A DNA stretch of 64,000 nucleotides from Balanoglossus misakiensis (lineage: Eukaryota > Animalia > Hemichordata): positions 8,290,317-8,354,316 of the forward strand of contig CM082595.2 in assembly GCA_040954595.2 (NCBI GenBank), given 5' to 3'. The position numbers and the translations under genes were made by a program. A model generated the notes under the pieces. That model ran no database searches. It saw nothing but the letters and a program-made list of their open reading frames with translations, and was not told where the DNA came from. Every line of letters starts with the position of its first letter. The stretch's first letter is position 1. Below, in pieces: positions 25,386 through 37,793 of the stretch.

Positions 25386-27389
25386 GCAAGTTTTCTATGA
25401 CTACCACTACTATATTGGGTTTTTGGGAGAATTTTGTAGTAAACACAGACAGACTTCAACTGTCCATTAGTATGTGTTTTTGTCAGTATTAAAGTTTCCC
25501 CCAAAGTTGTGCCCAATTTGTGTGTCCCAGTGTGGTTTGTGTGTGAGAGCCAGTGTGCCTTAAGGAGTAGCTCTAAGTGAGCGCTGATTAAGGCGCGGTG
25601 GGGACAGTAGGGGTCCGTGTGCCAGCCAAACTTATGCTGTCTCAAGACCGCCGGAGGGAAAGTTTCCCGGGCTTGTCATTGCCACTTTTGCATTCGGCAG
25701 AGCAGCAGGCTGGACACGGGACGCTATTGACCCACCCTCCCACCACACATTCCAGGGAATTTCTGCCTGTCTTTGTTGCTTTATATTATTTATATTTATT
25801 GTATTTATTAAAAGCATTGTTTGTATGCTTTGCATTGTTTTCATAGTTCTTTTGATAGTGTAGTTTTCAGGGGGAGAATTTTGTAGTAAACACAGACAGA
25901 CTTCAACTGTTCATTAGTATGTGTTTTTGTCAGTATTAAAGTTTTCCCCAAAGTTGTGCCCAATTTGTGTGTCCCAGTGTGGTTTGTGTGTGAGAGCCAG
26001 TGTGCCTTAAACATTTCATACAACACTGCCTACTAACAATAGTCATATCAATCTGACAAGGGAAAATGAAAAAACACATCTTTTCAAACTAGCTTACTGT
26101 GCGGACCAATTTCATTAAGCTCCATTGAACAGCTATATTTTCTTGAATTCTGGTTTTATAATTAATTTTGATTGATTGACATGTGTTTTACATCTAAATG
26201 CATCGCTTTGGGAACATTTTCTCGTATGTATGAGATTATTAAATTGAACTTGTATATTTGCTGAGGGCAACTAAATGTTCAGTAAAGATGAGGAATGCTC
26301 AATGTTTGGATTGTCTTCAAAAAGATGACAACAACTCAAGTCTCAAAAACTCTTTGTTTTGAATTTTGAATTGTTTTTGTTGCATCAGTAACGACTTCAC
26401 ATGTGGATGCCACATTTTGATTCTTAGCAAATGTTGTATTTTGACAGAGAGGAGTCCATTCCTCAATCATATCACCCCGCAAACGGCCTGAACTCCAAAA
26501 ACTTAGCGACAAAGCGTGAAGTACAGATGGTACCTATGAAGGATTATGCGGCTGATCCACACCACATGATACTTCTCAAAGGTTATCAACTTGCTGGTAG
26601 GTATCTGTTGCTATGCAAATATTTGCTATCATACCATCCAGATTCTAAAGTTCACAGGTCAAATATATAACTTGTTTACGTGGCCATTTACAACCAATTC
26701 ATCATTTTGTGGTTTGTTAAGATTTTTATTACTCTAAATTGGTACTTCCATAAAATGGTTGTAATATTTATTACACATCACGTATTGTTATGCGCTCCTG
26801 GTTGGCTAATACTAAATATGACAGAACTTCATGACCTCTGCACACGATCTGAGGCTTAAGGAAGTTATTTTCGCGAGTGATGCAGTGTCTTCTGTTGCAG
26901 TACTTTCACAAGCCAAGCATTTTATTCCCCATCATTTCAATGCCTGGCCAATGAATTACACATCCTCCTGAAAATTGCTGGTAGGTGAGAAATCAGTTTC
27001 CATGGTTGCATCCTGGATGAAACACTGGTACAGGTTCAAGACAAGTTTAGTGATATTGTGTAAATCCACAGAAGAATTTCACATCAACTGTATAATCTTC
27101 TATTTTTCTCATGATTGTGTTTCAGAAAAATCTGTGTCAAGTGGTGATACATAAGAGGTTGCCATCGTGAAACCTAAAACCATAGCAACCACTTCAGTGT
27201 CTACAACCACTACCACAACACAGCCACTGAAACCCGCATCAACAGTTACCATGTTTACAGAATCTACCTCCAGTATGACCTCAAATCCTCTCAAATCAAC
27301 TGTTGGAAGTTCAACTCCAGGTAAAGTCTCCAGTGTTGCTTACGAGTCATTTGTCATAATTAGACCACCAAGTGAAGTGTGAGATATTG

Positions 27390-27581
27390 AACACCTATTG
27401 CCTGGCCATGAGGGCCATAGCGGCCGTTTATTACACCCGAGGGGCTGTGAGTTACCAGAATCACATGCTATTTCTCGAGGCCGTAGGCCGAGGGAAATAG
27501 CGTATGATTCTGGTAACTCACAGCCACGAGGGTGTAATAAACGGCCGCTATGGCCCGAATATAGGCCAGGCTATAGGTGTT
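27390..27581 (+). repeat. ~190-nt imperfect palindrome (hairpin) with GTA triloop at 27483-27485
   Basis: Arms 27390-27482 and 27486-27581 are reverse complements apart from a few small internal loops and mismatches. Confidence 0.95.
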
Positions 27582-27791
27582 TTATAATAAACCTCATGCT
27601 AACAGTTTATGTTTGCAATATTGAACAAGTTTAATTAAATACCTTGAATACGAAATACAATAAATTCAACATGAACGGATGCTATAACTCGAATAAAACA
27701 GCTTACGGCTTATTATAATGTAATATGCAAAATTTGGTAAGCTGACAAAGTACAACTTTTGACAGTCAATTGGCTTCGGATTCCATAAAGC

Positions 27792-29153
27792 CTAATTGTT
27801 GTGGATGTTGACGACGCATCCATGAAAGTTATAGTTCACTACTTTCTTACTACCGCTCACTTCTTGTTGAGTAACAAAATTAACCGGCGGCGGCGGAGAA
27901 GAAGTAGTCAGTTCACTCAGAAATGACCGTTGCAAGGGCGATGCCATTATCGGAGCTAGCGACGACTGCGGCTGTTGTATTGTTTGTGCGCCTTCTATCT
28001 GTTCGTTTGTCGACGAACTTCCTTGAATAGCACTGGAAAGTGTACGGCTCATTTCTCGCTTCTTGTCTTCACCAACTCTGCTATAACTTCTGATACTGGT
28101 CTCTGATTTGTGACCACTAACTCCCATGATATGCCGTGCCTCGAAGCCTTTGTCGTCCAGCGTTGTCACAGTGGTAGCACGCAAACAGTGGTTGGTGTAC
28201 GTACGAGAACATTCAGCTTCGACAGATATTTTCTTCATTTTGTCGGCGAGCGTATTTTTACCAACTGCTATGCTGTCATACCAAACAGAGTCATCTTGAC
28301 TTTTCAGTGCTGGTTTTGGTCGCTGCCAAAAAGCCTCAGAGTTTGGGTTTAGCTTTGTTAAATACAATTCAAAAGACCAAACTGGACATAGCGAGTTTTC
28401 AGGAGTCTCGTACATCCTCCCTCCTTGACTCATTTCCGCGTCGTCTATACAGCCACGGTGATTTTTCGTCAGCATATCTTTACAGAGCGACACATATTTC
28501 AGGCCCGTTGAATCACGTTGGACGACGAAGTGCGACTTCGTCATGTTATGTAGATTTTCGCGGCCGCGATTGCATAGATACATCATAATATCAACGAAAA
28601 CCTTGTTTTGTAACCCGCGTGGCGTTGACTTGTCAAGTGCAGACGACAACATCATTTTTGTCATGTCATCTTTGGTAACGGGTTCTTTATGTTGCGTTGC
28701 ACCCTTACCCTCGCCTTTCAGTTTTACAAGCATTGCAGTGAATACATCATTGGCAGGCTTGAAAATCTCACTGTGGATGATGTCGGTGCCGCACTGTTTC
28801 AGAAAATATCGTTGTAAGCCATATCGTATTGTTATCATTGACTTACTCGAATACAGCTGTGCGTTGTTCTGTCGAACCCCAGCGTAGAAATCCCGCAGCG
28901 TGAGACACAAATCGGCTGGCGCAGTCTTTTCCACGTCGGATATGGTAGTACCAATTTCTTCACAAAACGAAGTAAAAATCCTCATTGCGTATTGAATTAC
29001 ATATTTGGTGTTACGTGAATCCTTGTTGTCGACAAGGTGTTGCAGTTCTTGCTCCGACAAAAGGGAAAATCTTGCAATTTTCTCTTTAGGTTGGCATACG
29101 ACATCTTCAGCGGTGGCCATTGTGCTAGCAGACGATGCGACGCTGATTGACAT
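27792..29153 (-). CDS. Crypton-type tyrosine recombinase (DUF3504; related to the KCTD1/ZMYM/QRICH1/KIAA1958 domain), 453 aa
   Basis: CNRGRE, TKNHRG, CPV..FELYL, FWQRP, WY…VGKNTL, YTNHCLRAT, SGHKSETSIRSY: full R-K-HxxR-H-Y set. Intronless and uninterrupted. Confidence 0.92.
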   Translation of the reverse strand: MSISVASSASTMATAEDVVCQPKEKIARFSLLSEQELQHLVDNKDSRNTKYVIQYAMRIFTSFCEEIGTTISDVEKTAPADLCLTLRDFYAGVRQNNAQLYSSKSMITIRYGLQRYFLKQCGTDIIHSEIFKPANDVFTAMLVKLKGEGKGATQHKEPVTKDDMTKMMLSSALDKSTPRGLQNKVFVDIMMYLCNRGRENLHNMTKSHFVVQRDSTGLKYVSLCKDMLTKNHRGCIDDAEMSQGGRMYETPENSLCPVWSFELYLTKLNPNSEAFWQRPKPALKSQDDSVWYDSIAVGKNTLADKMKKISVEAECSRTYTNHCLRATTVTTLDDKGFEARHIMGVSGHKSETSIRSYSRVGEDKKREMSRTLSSAIQGSSSTNEQIEGAQTIQQPQSSLAPIMASPLQRSFLSELTTSSPPPPVNFVTQQEVSGSKKVVNYNFHGCVVNIHNN

Positions 29154-29159
29154 GACCCT

Positions 29160-29250
29160 GTGACGTCACGTTGGTCACGTGACCGGTTTATATTTTTTCT
29201 GCTATTGCCCTATCGGTTCATAGTCGATTCTATTTTCCTATCACGTGACG
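29160..29250 (-). promoter_or_regulatory. candidate internal promoter of the Crypton-like ORF
   Basis: TATAAA on the minus strand ~35 nt before the ATG, TGACGTCA at 29161-29168 and two TCACGTGA palindromes (~29175, ~29242). Confidence 0.35.
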
Positions 29251-30129
29251 GATTCTGGCGAATCACGGCACAGTATTAGCATGAGGTATATTATAAAGTA
29301 GAATATTGCCATGTTGATCTTCACTACAATATTAGTTAAAGTTATATAGCACTCTGTGATCAACGAGTTGAAAATACAGCATGAGCTGTAGTCCCCTTCA
29401 TCAGCTGTACACGTAGAATGAACAGAGAAACAGAGAATCATGGGGTATTCAAAGTAGGAAATATGTGCAGGACCAGGTGCATCGATCAGAAATATTTCCT
29501 ACAGTGGATTTTCTATCTGAGGATGGTGACTTCATGACCGCGATATTGTGCCCTTGAGCGAGGCACTTTACTTCTCATTGCTCTTGGGAGACTGGCTTTG
29601 TAGAGGTGATTTGCACCTGTTCTAGTCTTTCTACTAGACAAATTTTCTGTGTTTGCGATTGATGAATTACTGTCTAATGGGAAATTTTTGTAAACTTCGC
29701 GAGAACCAACAAATGCGAATTAAAAAGTCATATAAAAATGTTTTTCAGGGATATTGGTGCAGTTAGTGAAATATAAGAATGCGAAATTTAATTGTAGCAT
29801 AACAGCTGTCTCTATTGATATTGCGAAAATTTCTTGTCACAGAAATTTCCCGTTTTACAGTTCATAAATAAATCAACTAGATCTTTTTACTGCAGATGCC
29901 ACACCAACTAATCATCTGTTACCTGGACGACCAAGTCAAATTGGAAGTCAGTCTCCACAACAACTGTCATCCTCTCAACAGAAACTGATTCAACCAAGTC
30001 AGCCCCAGATGCAGGGCCAAGGTCAAAGGTCATCAATGCCTTTTGCCCAGCCTACCAGTTTACCAAACCAACCAGTATCCACTGTCACAGCAAACAGGAC
30101 TCAACAACCCAATGTGACTGTTTCAAGTA

Positions 30130-31318
30130 CAGTGGAACACCGATTATCCGAACCTGTTGGGCGGGTTAGATTTTGTTCGGATAATTGATTGTTCGGATAA
30201 TCGATTTTGGCACGTCCGAACAAAGGAAATTGACCACACCATTGGGGCATGCATATGTTACGATGTGTCCCACATGCACATGCATTTTCCATGCACTCAC
30301 AAAAAGAAGTTAATATAAATAATAAAACACAATTCGTCTTCTTTTATATAAAAAATACATATATTAAGAGTTCAAAAGGTTAAGAAAGAAAAAAAGACGA
30401 AGTCAAAGCTGCAATGTTCTGATTCGTTCAACATCGTATGTAGCCGGTCATCGTACCAAACCATGAACGTGCGTAGGCCTTCCATGGCCACGGTAGATTT
30501 CGCTAGAGCTGGTGTCTCGTTCTCTTTATCGTCCTAATTTTTCATGCCATGAGTTTATTTCTGAGAAACAAAGTCGATGATTTCATCATACGTTAATGTT
30601 TCGAAGCTGTCATAGTTCTCGCTAGTCTCCAAATCGTCGATGTCAGTGACATTCAAACCAAGCAAAAGAAGCTCTCCGCACGAGGTCACTTCCGCAAGTG
30701 ACGTCTTGGCTGTCATTCATATCGGCGCTGCCATGGTCACCGACGGCGACCCGACACGCCTTCACTGTGTCGCGGAATGAAGTCCATGCGTTTGAAAAGC
30801 CGTGTCTTTGATGTTGACACCTCGGACGATCTCCGCCGTCTGCTTGCACGAGTCGAAGACGGGCGATCTCATCCAACCCATGGCTTTCATTTGTATTATC
30901 AACGACAGTGCTAAGCTTATTTCGGCGATAAATCTACTTCACACTATCAAAAAATTGACCAAAGCCGTGCCGACGCGACAAGTGACTTTTCGTGTTTTAC
31001 ACTTGAGTGTGAAATCCTAGTGTCGAATGTTACGATACCCGAAAGTGTGACACTCTGTTGTCGTAAAATGATTGAAATATTCAATGATAAAGACATTTTT
31101 AACACGTCCCACCGCCCTTTACAACAGAAACAATTAGAACTGACCCAAGAAATCTGTCCGAAATGACAGTTTTCCTGCGGAAATATCACAGACCGCCGAG
31201 AAAACAGGTGCTTGGCATGGCTAATTAAATGTTCAGGGACCGTACCCGGGACCGTACCAAAGCGTTCGGATAATCCGAAATTCGGATAATTGGTGTCCGG
31301 ATAATCGGTGTTCCACTG
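30130..31318 (-). mobile_element. pogo/Tigger-type non-autonomous transposon inserted in a MED25 exon
   Basis: TA|cagtggaacaccgattatccg…cggataatcggtgttccactg|TA. Empty site caagtatcccc at ~18111-18121. Acidic remnant DIDDLETSENYDSFETLTYDEIIDFV on the minus strand resembles a Tigger C-terminus. Confidence 0.88.
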
Positions 31319-34300
31319 TATCCCCATGAGACAATTTTGTCCACCCAGGTACAGTTGTGGTCTACCTTCTACTTTTTGAGATTCAAATTAGCTGTTTCTA
31401 GTTACCCATCCTGTGAATTGAAAGCTTTTTATGACTGTATCACATAGCCTTGTCTTACCATTGTCTACACAGTAGACTATTTATTTTCAAAACACATTCA
31501 AAACTTCTGTTTTGGTTGCAAAAAAGCCACTCTGTAAATGGAAAGACTCTTTGGATAATGCCACAGACTCATTAATCAAATTCAAGTTTTAATGTGATTA
31601 ATGTTGATAAGCCCTAAAACCTGATCCCTTCCAAATGTGAGTATGTGTGTTGAAAATAGGACTTTGAGAATTGTAAGCTCAACATCGATTCAAAAATTGA
31701 AGTCATGAATTAAAAAATGTGGTTTTGAATACTGGTCTTGATAATGCTTCATATTAACTAGGTTTGTTACTCTTTTTGGACAGGCAACTTCACCACCAAA
31801 GATGACTTCCCAGCATGTGCCAGCTGCTGCACTGAAAGCCACAGAGGGTGTCATGCAAATGGCAAATGCTAGTCAGTTCAGTAAGATGCCACAAATTGCT
31901 GCTGTGAATTCTATCAACTAACAGCCACAGCAGAGATGGCCAGGTACAGATTCAAAGCCACAACGAGGTAGGTACAGTCAAACCTGTCTACAGTGGCCAG
32001 TCAAGGGACTTTCCTAAACTGGCATTTATAGACAGGTGGCTTCTATAGATAGGTCAGTTAATGTGCAATGTACATGTACATGAAATGAAACAAAGTTGCC
32101 ACTATAATAGAGGTGGCCACAAACACAGATTTGACTGTCATATATGTTATGTTGCCATGGCAGTCATTTACCATTAGTTTGAATATACTTTGCCAAAACC
32201 TGAGGAAAAAATATTCAAGTTCCCCTTTTCGTATTCCCCTATCAATGGTATAATACAACAGTGTCATGGTAAAATTTTGTGACATTTTTGCTAACTGCTA
32301 AAGCCCAAGTAACATTGTTTTTTTCAGTATTTTTCAGCGAAGGAATTAACCGTAGTTTCTTGTTCTGCTATGGATAGCTTTATGAAATGTTCAGTCTTTA
32401 GCTTCTATACAAAACTTGTACATGAGTAATGGCCATTGTGAATATTAAATGAACTCAGACGAGAATTCATTTTTCAACAATAACAATGCTGATCAATATA
32501 TAAAACGCCTTTGTTTGAAAACCAAACTCTGAATAAATTCTTAATGTTTTACAGAGTAGAATAAAGCTGATATCCAAAGTTAAGGTTGAAGTTATTGACG
32601 TTTTAATACTACTGTGTTTACTTATCAGCAGGTATGCAGTCAACGATGCGAACAGGAGTGCAGTCAACACAACCGACAGTACCTAATGTGAGCGACAGCA
32701 AAATCCACCTGTCACCACTGGCACCAATGTTGTTCCAACTCTGACACAGCCACAAGTACATGTACAAAACCAGTCATTGGTATGTTATGTTATGAGCTGA
32801 GTTGTAATACCCACCTATCCCTTTTGCCTGGCAAGTGACAGTTTATCACTTTTCAGTATTTCAATGGAACTGTATTTGGATAATTTGTTACCTAACATGA
32901 CATCAGAAGATGGCAGCTTGATGTCTTAACTGAGGACATTGGATGACCAGTAGATAAAGATTTTCTTTGATATCAATGACATCAGACGCAGTTCCGTTGG
33001 CATCAAATTTCCAGCTGACGGGGAATTTCAGCAACGTGGTGCAAATGACGACTGTGCAGATGAATACCAAGATGCTGTTGAGGCACCATGCCTGATACAT
33101 ATTACCTGTCTGGTGGTTCTAAAGTATAAACACATCCGGAAAAAAATATTTTACGGGATACCAATTGTGACAAATTATTCCCATCTTGTTATAAATCTGA
33201 GCCCAGGTGTCTTTGGTGTGAGATTCCAGTAGTCAAGAGTAGGCTTACCTTGAATAATGTAATGCTTGTAAATAATTTCTAATTTCTTCTTACCCTCCAG
33301 ATATGAATGTCACAGTGGTGGAAATGCGTGCCAACACTATTGTCAGAATACCCATGGTAGTTATCTCTGCGCTTGCAGACCAGGATTCTATCTGCTGGAG
33401 GATGGCTATGCATGTGGCGGTATGTAACTGTGGATATTGATCTCTTCTGTGGCTACACTGTTTGGGGATTGTATATTGCTATGGTTACAATCAGCTAAAC
33501 ACACATCCTGTCAGTCCATTGCACACATTTTAAAATTTGAAATCAACCGCACACTCGTACTGAACACATGTTTGTTGAAATTGTATCTCAGAATTTTTCC
33601 ATTTATAATTATGCATAATATAAACAAATTAACAAATGTGAAATTTTATCTTTGAAAATTTGTTTGCAAGGGTGAAAAAGTAATCTGTTTTTTTAAAAAT
33701 CAGACAAAGTTTTGCTGACAGGGTACACGAGTTTCAGGGGATTTTGTTAAAATGAGTACGGGCAAATCAACAGCTATCAATGGATGCACCACAGGAGTAG
33801 GTGTTGGTTCAAAACGCCTTTGGTACTTACAATCGTCCGGATCATATCAAAACGCGATGTGTTTGAATGCGACTGCATTTACTGACATCGAGAATGGCGG
33901 CCACATTGTGATGACCGCGTCGACCGATGCGCGCGATGAACGTACGTGACTGACCTCCATTGTCATGATCTTGCGTGTTTTGATATCTGCACGTCATCTC
34001 TGACGCATAAAGTAGTCGGAACAGCGAAAGGTTTTCACAAATTTTGTCAAAACTGCGTCGAAATGGCTTTCCGACATTGACTTCCGTGTCTACGCTGTGG
34101 ACTCACTAAGTATGACTGTTCAATGACGTTTTATGAATGGACCAATCCGGTTACGTATGGTAATGCGTCCCGGGTCAAAAGTCAAGTATTGTACTTCGGC
34201 CAGTAAAACTTGCAAGGGTTGTAGATTGCGGTGAATAAATATAAATAAATCGTGGAAAATTTGTATTAAAATCGTGATCTCTAAAAAAAGAGTGAGAACT

Positions 34301-37300
34301 TGATTTTGAGTGATATTGCAGTACAAAATTACAAAAAAATACTTTTTATTCCTTGGGGAAGTGTTAATTATTCAGAAAAAAAATATATTCTGAAATTTTC
34401 CAACTTCAGAATTTTTCCAACTGCAACAGAGGATATGATTATTTCATCAACTAACATGTAAAAGTTATTTAAAAAGTCAACTATGTCAATTAATGCATTA
34501 TCTGGAAAGATACCTTTTACGTGTCATGAATTACTATAGTTAATATATAGATAAAGGCCTTCATGCAATATTACATACACCAACACTTCATTTTGCAGTA
34601 CGTGAGCTGCGGTGTACTGGCTTTTGCACTTGTCTGAGCTGCAGAAAGTCTTATCATATTGAAATTTACAGAAGGCATTGTTCCCTGCTGTTTTAGAGCT
34701 GTGAGTTAACTGCGTAGAGCTGCCGTTTGTCTACACAATGTTCTAAAAAAGCTGTCAAAGAGAATTTGGTCTGCTGCCAACAAATGACAGCTCAGAACAA
34801 CCATTGCAGACCTGCAGATGAGCTGTGGATAGCTGACTCAGCTCTAAATCAGAGCTGCAGCAGCTCTCTGCAGATCTGCAGGTTTGGTAAGGGATGTAGA
34901 TGGTGAAAGGACGTGACAAGACTCGAATCTGAATCAGAATATGAATCTTGGGCTGTGGAACGTGAAACGTGAAACTTGAAACGTGAATCTTGTATTAGGC
35001 TTACCCTAATTTTTAATGGGTATATTCTTGATAACTCATCACCATGAATGATCATTTCAAAACTTAACAAGGCATATGGCTAAAGAGGATTCAGTGTTTG
35101 TGCACCTTCTATCTGCAATGCTGGATCTATTGACAGTTTTCAAAGGGGTTTAAAGACTCGTCTTTTTATTCAGTACTTTCTATTTCATTCCATTGCTTTT
35201 TTGGTTAATAGGGACTGTCTTTCAGAACTCTTTGGTTTGTTTCGTGTTTTTAAGTGTAATTTATTATCCTTTAAGCTTTCACTTGTTTTCTAATTTTATT
35301 ATTTTCTGTAGAAAATGCACTGAGATGTATGTGTATTATGTTTGTCAGGAAATAAATAATAATAAAATTAAAAATAATAAACTGTCTTTGATTTCAGATG
35401 TCAATGAATGTATGGAGAGAGCAGATCTTTGTGAAGGCCAGTGTGTGAATACAGCAGGCTCTTTTTATTGCACTTGTGTTGTGGGATATTGATTGGTCAA
35501 TTGAGAGTGTACAGGTAAGACCAGCACAATATGTGGGCAAAGAAAGGTCCTGTATCTGTAACTTTTGAATTTTTATTCAATATTATTCTGGGTGTCACCC
35601 ATCATTTCTTGTTCAGCTCGGTGAAGCTAGGTCTGTAACTTTTGAATTTTTATTCAATATTATTCTGGGTGTCACCCATCATTTCTTGTTCAGCTCGGTG
35701 AAGCTAGGTAAGCAATGTTGTTATTGTTTAAACATTGTATTCAAGCCTGGGTCTGGACTTGGATGCAATTTGTCAATAATAACAGTGATTGGTAACTGCA
35801 TGTTTACATAACTGGCTAACTGTTAAAAAGACCAGCTGTTCTATTTGGTGTGTGTACAGTACACATGCCATTGGCAGCTTATGGCTCAGTCAGTGTTTGC
35901 CTGTTGATTTCTCTATGTGTGTGTGTCTGTCTGTCTGTATATGTACTCCGGTGTAGACTTTTTTATTGTGTTATCCCTGAATGGGACCACTGTGTCCTTA
36001 ACGCGATGTTTTACACTCAGCAGCGATATTTTGTCTAACACGAGTCAAAATATCCCCAACTCGTCTGAGAAATCTTATCCCAGGTCCTAAGGTTGTGAGA
36101 CTAATAGAATCTCACACTCCCAAGGACTTGGGATCATATTTCTCACATGTGTTGAGGATTTTCTGTCCCAAACAAGCTGCAGGCGAATGTGGGACAAGAT
36201 ATCCCCGACGAGTGTGAGAAATACGATCCCAGGTCCTTGGTTTGTGAGATTATTTTTCTCACACGGTCACAAATTAGCCAAATTCGTTAAATAAATGACT
36301 CTTGAACTGTCATCTGGTACATTGTAGATTCAGTATCGCGTCATTGGATAACATTTAGCACATGTTGTTAAAGAACTCTTTGTCATCCAATCAGCGCTCG
36401 CATCATATACAGCTCTCGATTCAGTGAGAATGTGGGATTGATTTGTTCTCACACTCTGATCCAACACTCTCAGCATGCCAGGAGTGTGAGAATCTATTAC
36501 GAGTTTGAAATCTTAGGTGAAGAGTTTATCAATTTCACTGCCAACCCTGTAGGGCATTCTGGGATATGTGTTCATGCCAAAGCACAAACAGCCATGACCT
36601 GACAGCTCAGTTTGTAGATCATTTCTACAAATCCACAAAGAGACTCAAAGTTTAGAAATGTTGTGTCGGTTAGAAATATTAGACGTATCACTGTTAATAC
36701 TTTATTTCAAAGCCATGTGAATTTGTTCACATTAGGGAAATTTTTTAAAGGAAGGGAGGATTGGTATTGACTTGAATAATTACAATGGATGTATTGTCCA
36801 CCTCTATATAGTGCCCACTTTATTCTAGTCCCTGTGTAATTTATATCTACATTAATTGACTTTTCTACCAGGTATAATGGCCACCTGTCTATAAAGGCCA
36901 GTTTAGGAAAGTCCCTTTACTAGCCATAATGGACAGGTTTGACTGCACTTGTGTTGATTTCTGTCTGTAATATGTGTAACACAATCATAAAATTTTTCAT
37001 AAAGAGGGCACACTTCCAAAATAAGGTGTCATCTCCAAGCAGACAATGTGAAAAAGGAGGCCGGTAGGTTACAGAGTACTGCTCGAGCTCATCTACTTTG
37101 TTGTATACATGATACAAGTTGCGTGTAAAACTGACCTTACAATAAAATGTGGCTGTGGAAAGTCTGTCCCAACTATAGTGTTGATACACAAGACAAAGTT
37201 TTTACTCTTTGACCAACTGGCCTCATGTTTGCGTCTTGGAAGGGCACCCTCTTTATGAAAAAGGCATATGATATCACTACAAGGAATAAATTAACATGAT

Positions 37301-37793
37301 AGAACATTGCTGATTAATGTCATAGATCATGATAACATGAATGCATAGCAATGTTTTGGTACAATTTGGTACATAAAGAAATGGACTACTGTGACAGTAT
37401 TGACTCTGGGCACTACGTAGATGATTCCCAGCCTCAAAATTCTGACTTGCTTCACCGTTGGAAGAAGTCAGTTTTCAGGTTAACATGTATATTTGTACAG
37501 AGTGTGGCATTAGTGAGTGGTTGCATCACATCAATGCATGGCAAAAGGTCATCACTGTGTAAGACTCAGAAATAGAATTTGAATACAAATCCTATTAAAC
37601 AAAATATTCTAAAATTTACATGTTATTTTTAACACCTGTTTACTCCTATAAAAGTGAGTGCACGTGTTTTTGAGGTCTCTTCAATTCAGAAGCCACTGTG
37701 TAGGCCTTAGTTGGTGCATGCAGCTCGTAGACTTAGAAATTAAGTTTGGTTCAACTCAAACGCTTCAAGTCCAGTTGACCATCTCACACTTCT

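Larger units (their letters stand above)
21093..26010 (+). mobile_element. Ngaro-type tyrosine-recombinase retrotransposon, full length
   Basis: Split direct repeats A1 21093-21259, B1 25425-25563, A2 25562-25728, B2 25872-26010. Contains gag, RT/RNase H and YR ORFs. No TSD; empty site at ~14294-14310. Confidence 0.95.
27388..29296 (-). mobile_element. autonomous Crypton-like DNA element with tyrosine recombinase (1.9 kb)
   Basis: Absent from paralogous sites gagatat|agtagaa (15661-15674, 17277-17290). Single YR ORF, no RT, no TSD, long terminal hairpin. Confidence 0.9.
19014..32268 (+). repeat. second copy of tandem segmental duplication (copy A = 12396-19013), expanded by four insertions
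   Basis: Sequence restarts at accacacacaacttc (19014 = 12396) and runs collinearly to gtgtcatg (32268 = 19013). Confidence 0.9.
19903..32779 (+). pseudogene. MED25: MED25 partial pseudogene, copy B. Exons: ~19903-20014 (acceptor deleted), 26448-26596, 27126-27320, 29896-31348 (transposon-interrupted), 31784-31967, ~32632-32779
   Basis: Same exons as copy A with the same frameshift and TAA. Additional lesions: an extra stop near 31919, a deleted acceptor and an exonic transposon insertion. Confidence 0.85.

Noticed and set aside
25425-26010. Direct repeats as LTRs or a CRISPR-like array
   Set aside because: The A…B-A-B order plus YR and no TSD identifies Ngaro split direct repeats. No repeat-spacer array or cas genes anywhere in the window.
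27792-29153. Domesticated host gene (KCTD1/ZMYM/QRICH1-like)
   Set aside because: Intronless, catalytic residues intact, and absent from two paralogous empty sites, so it is a mobile insertion.
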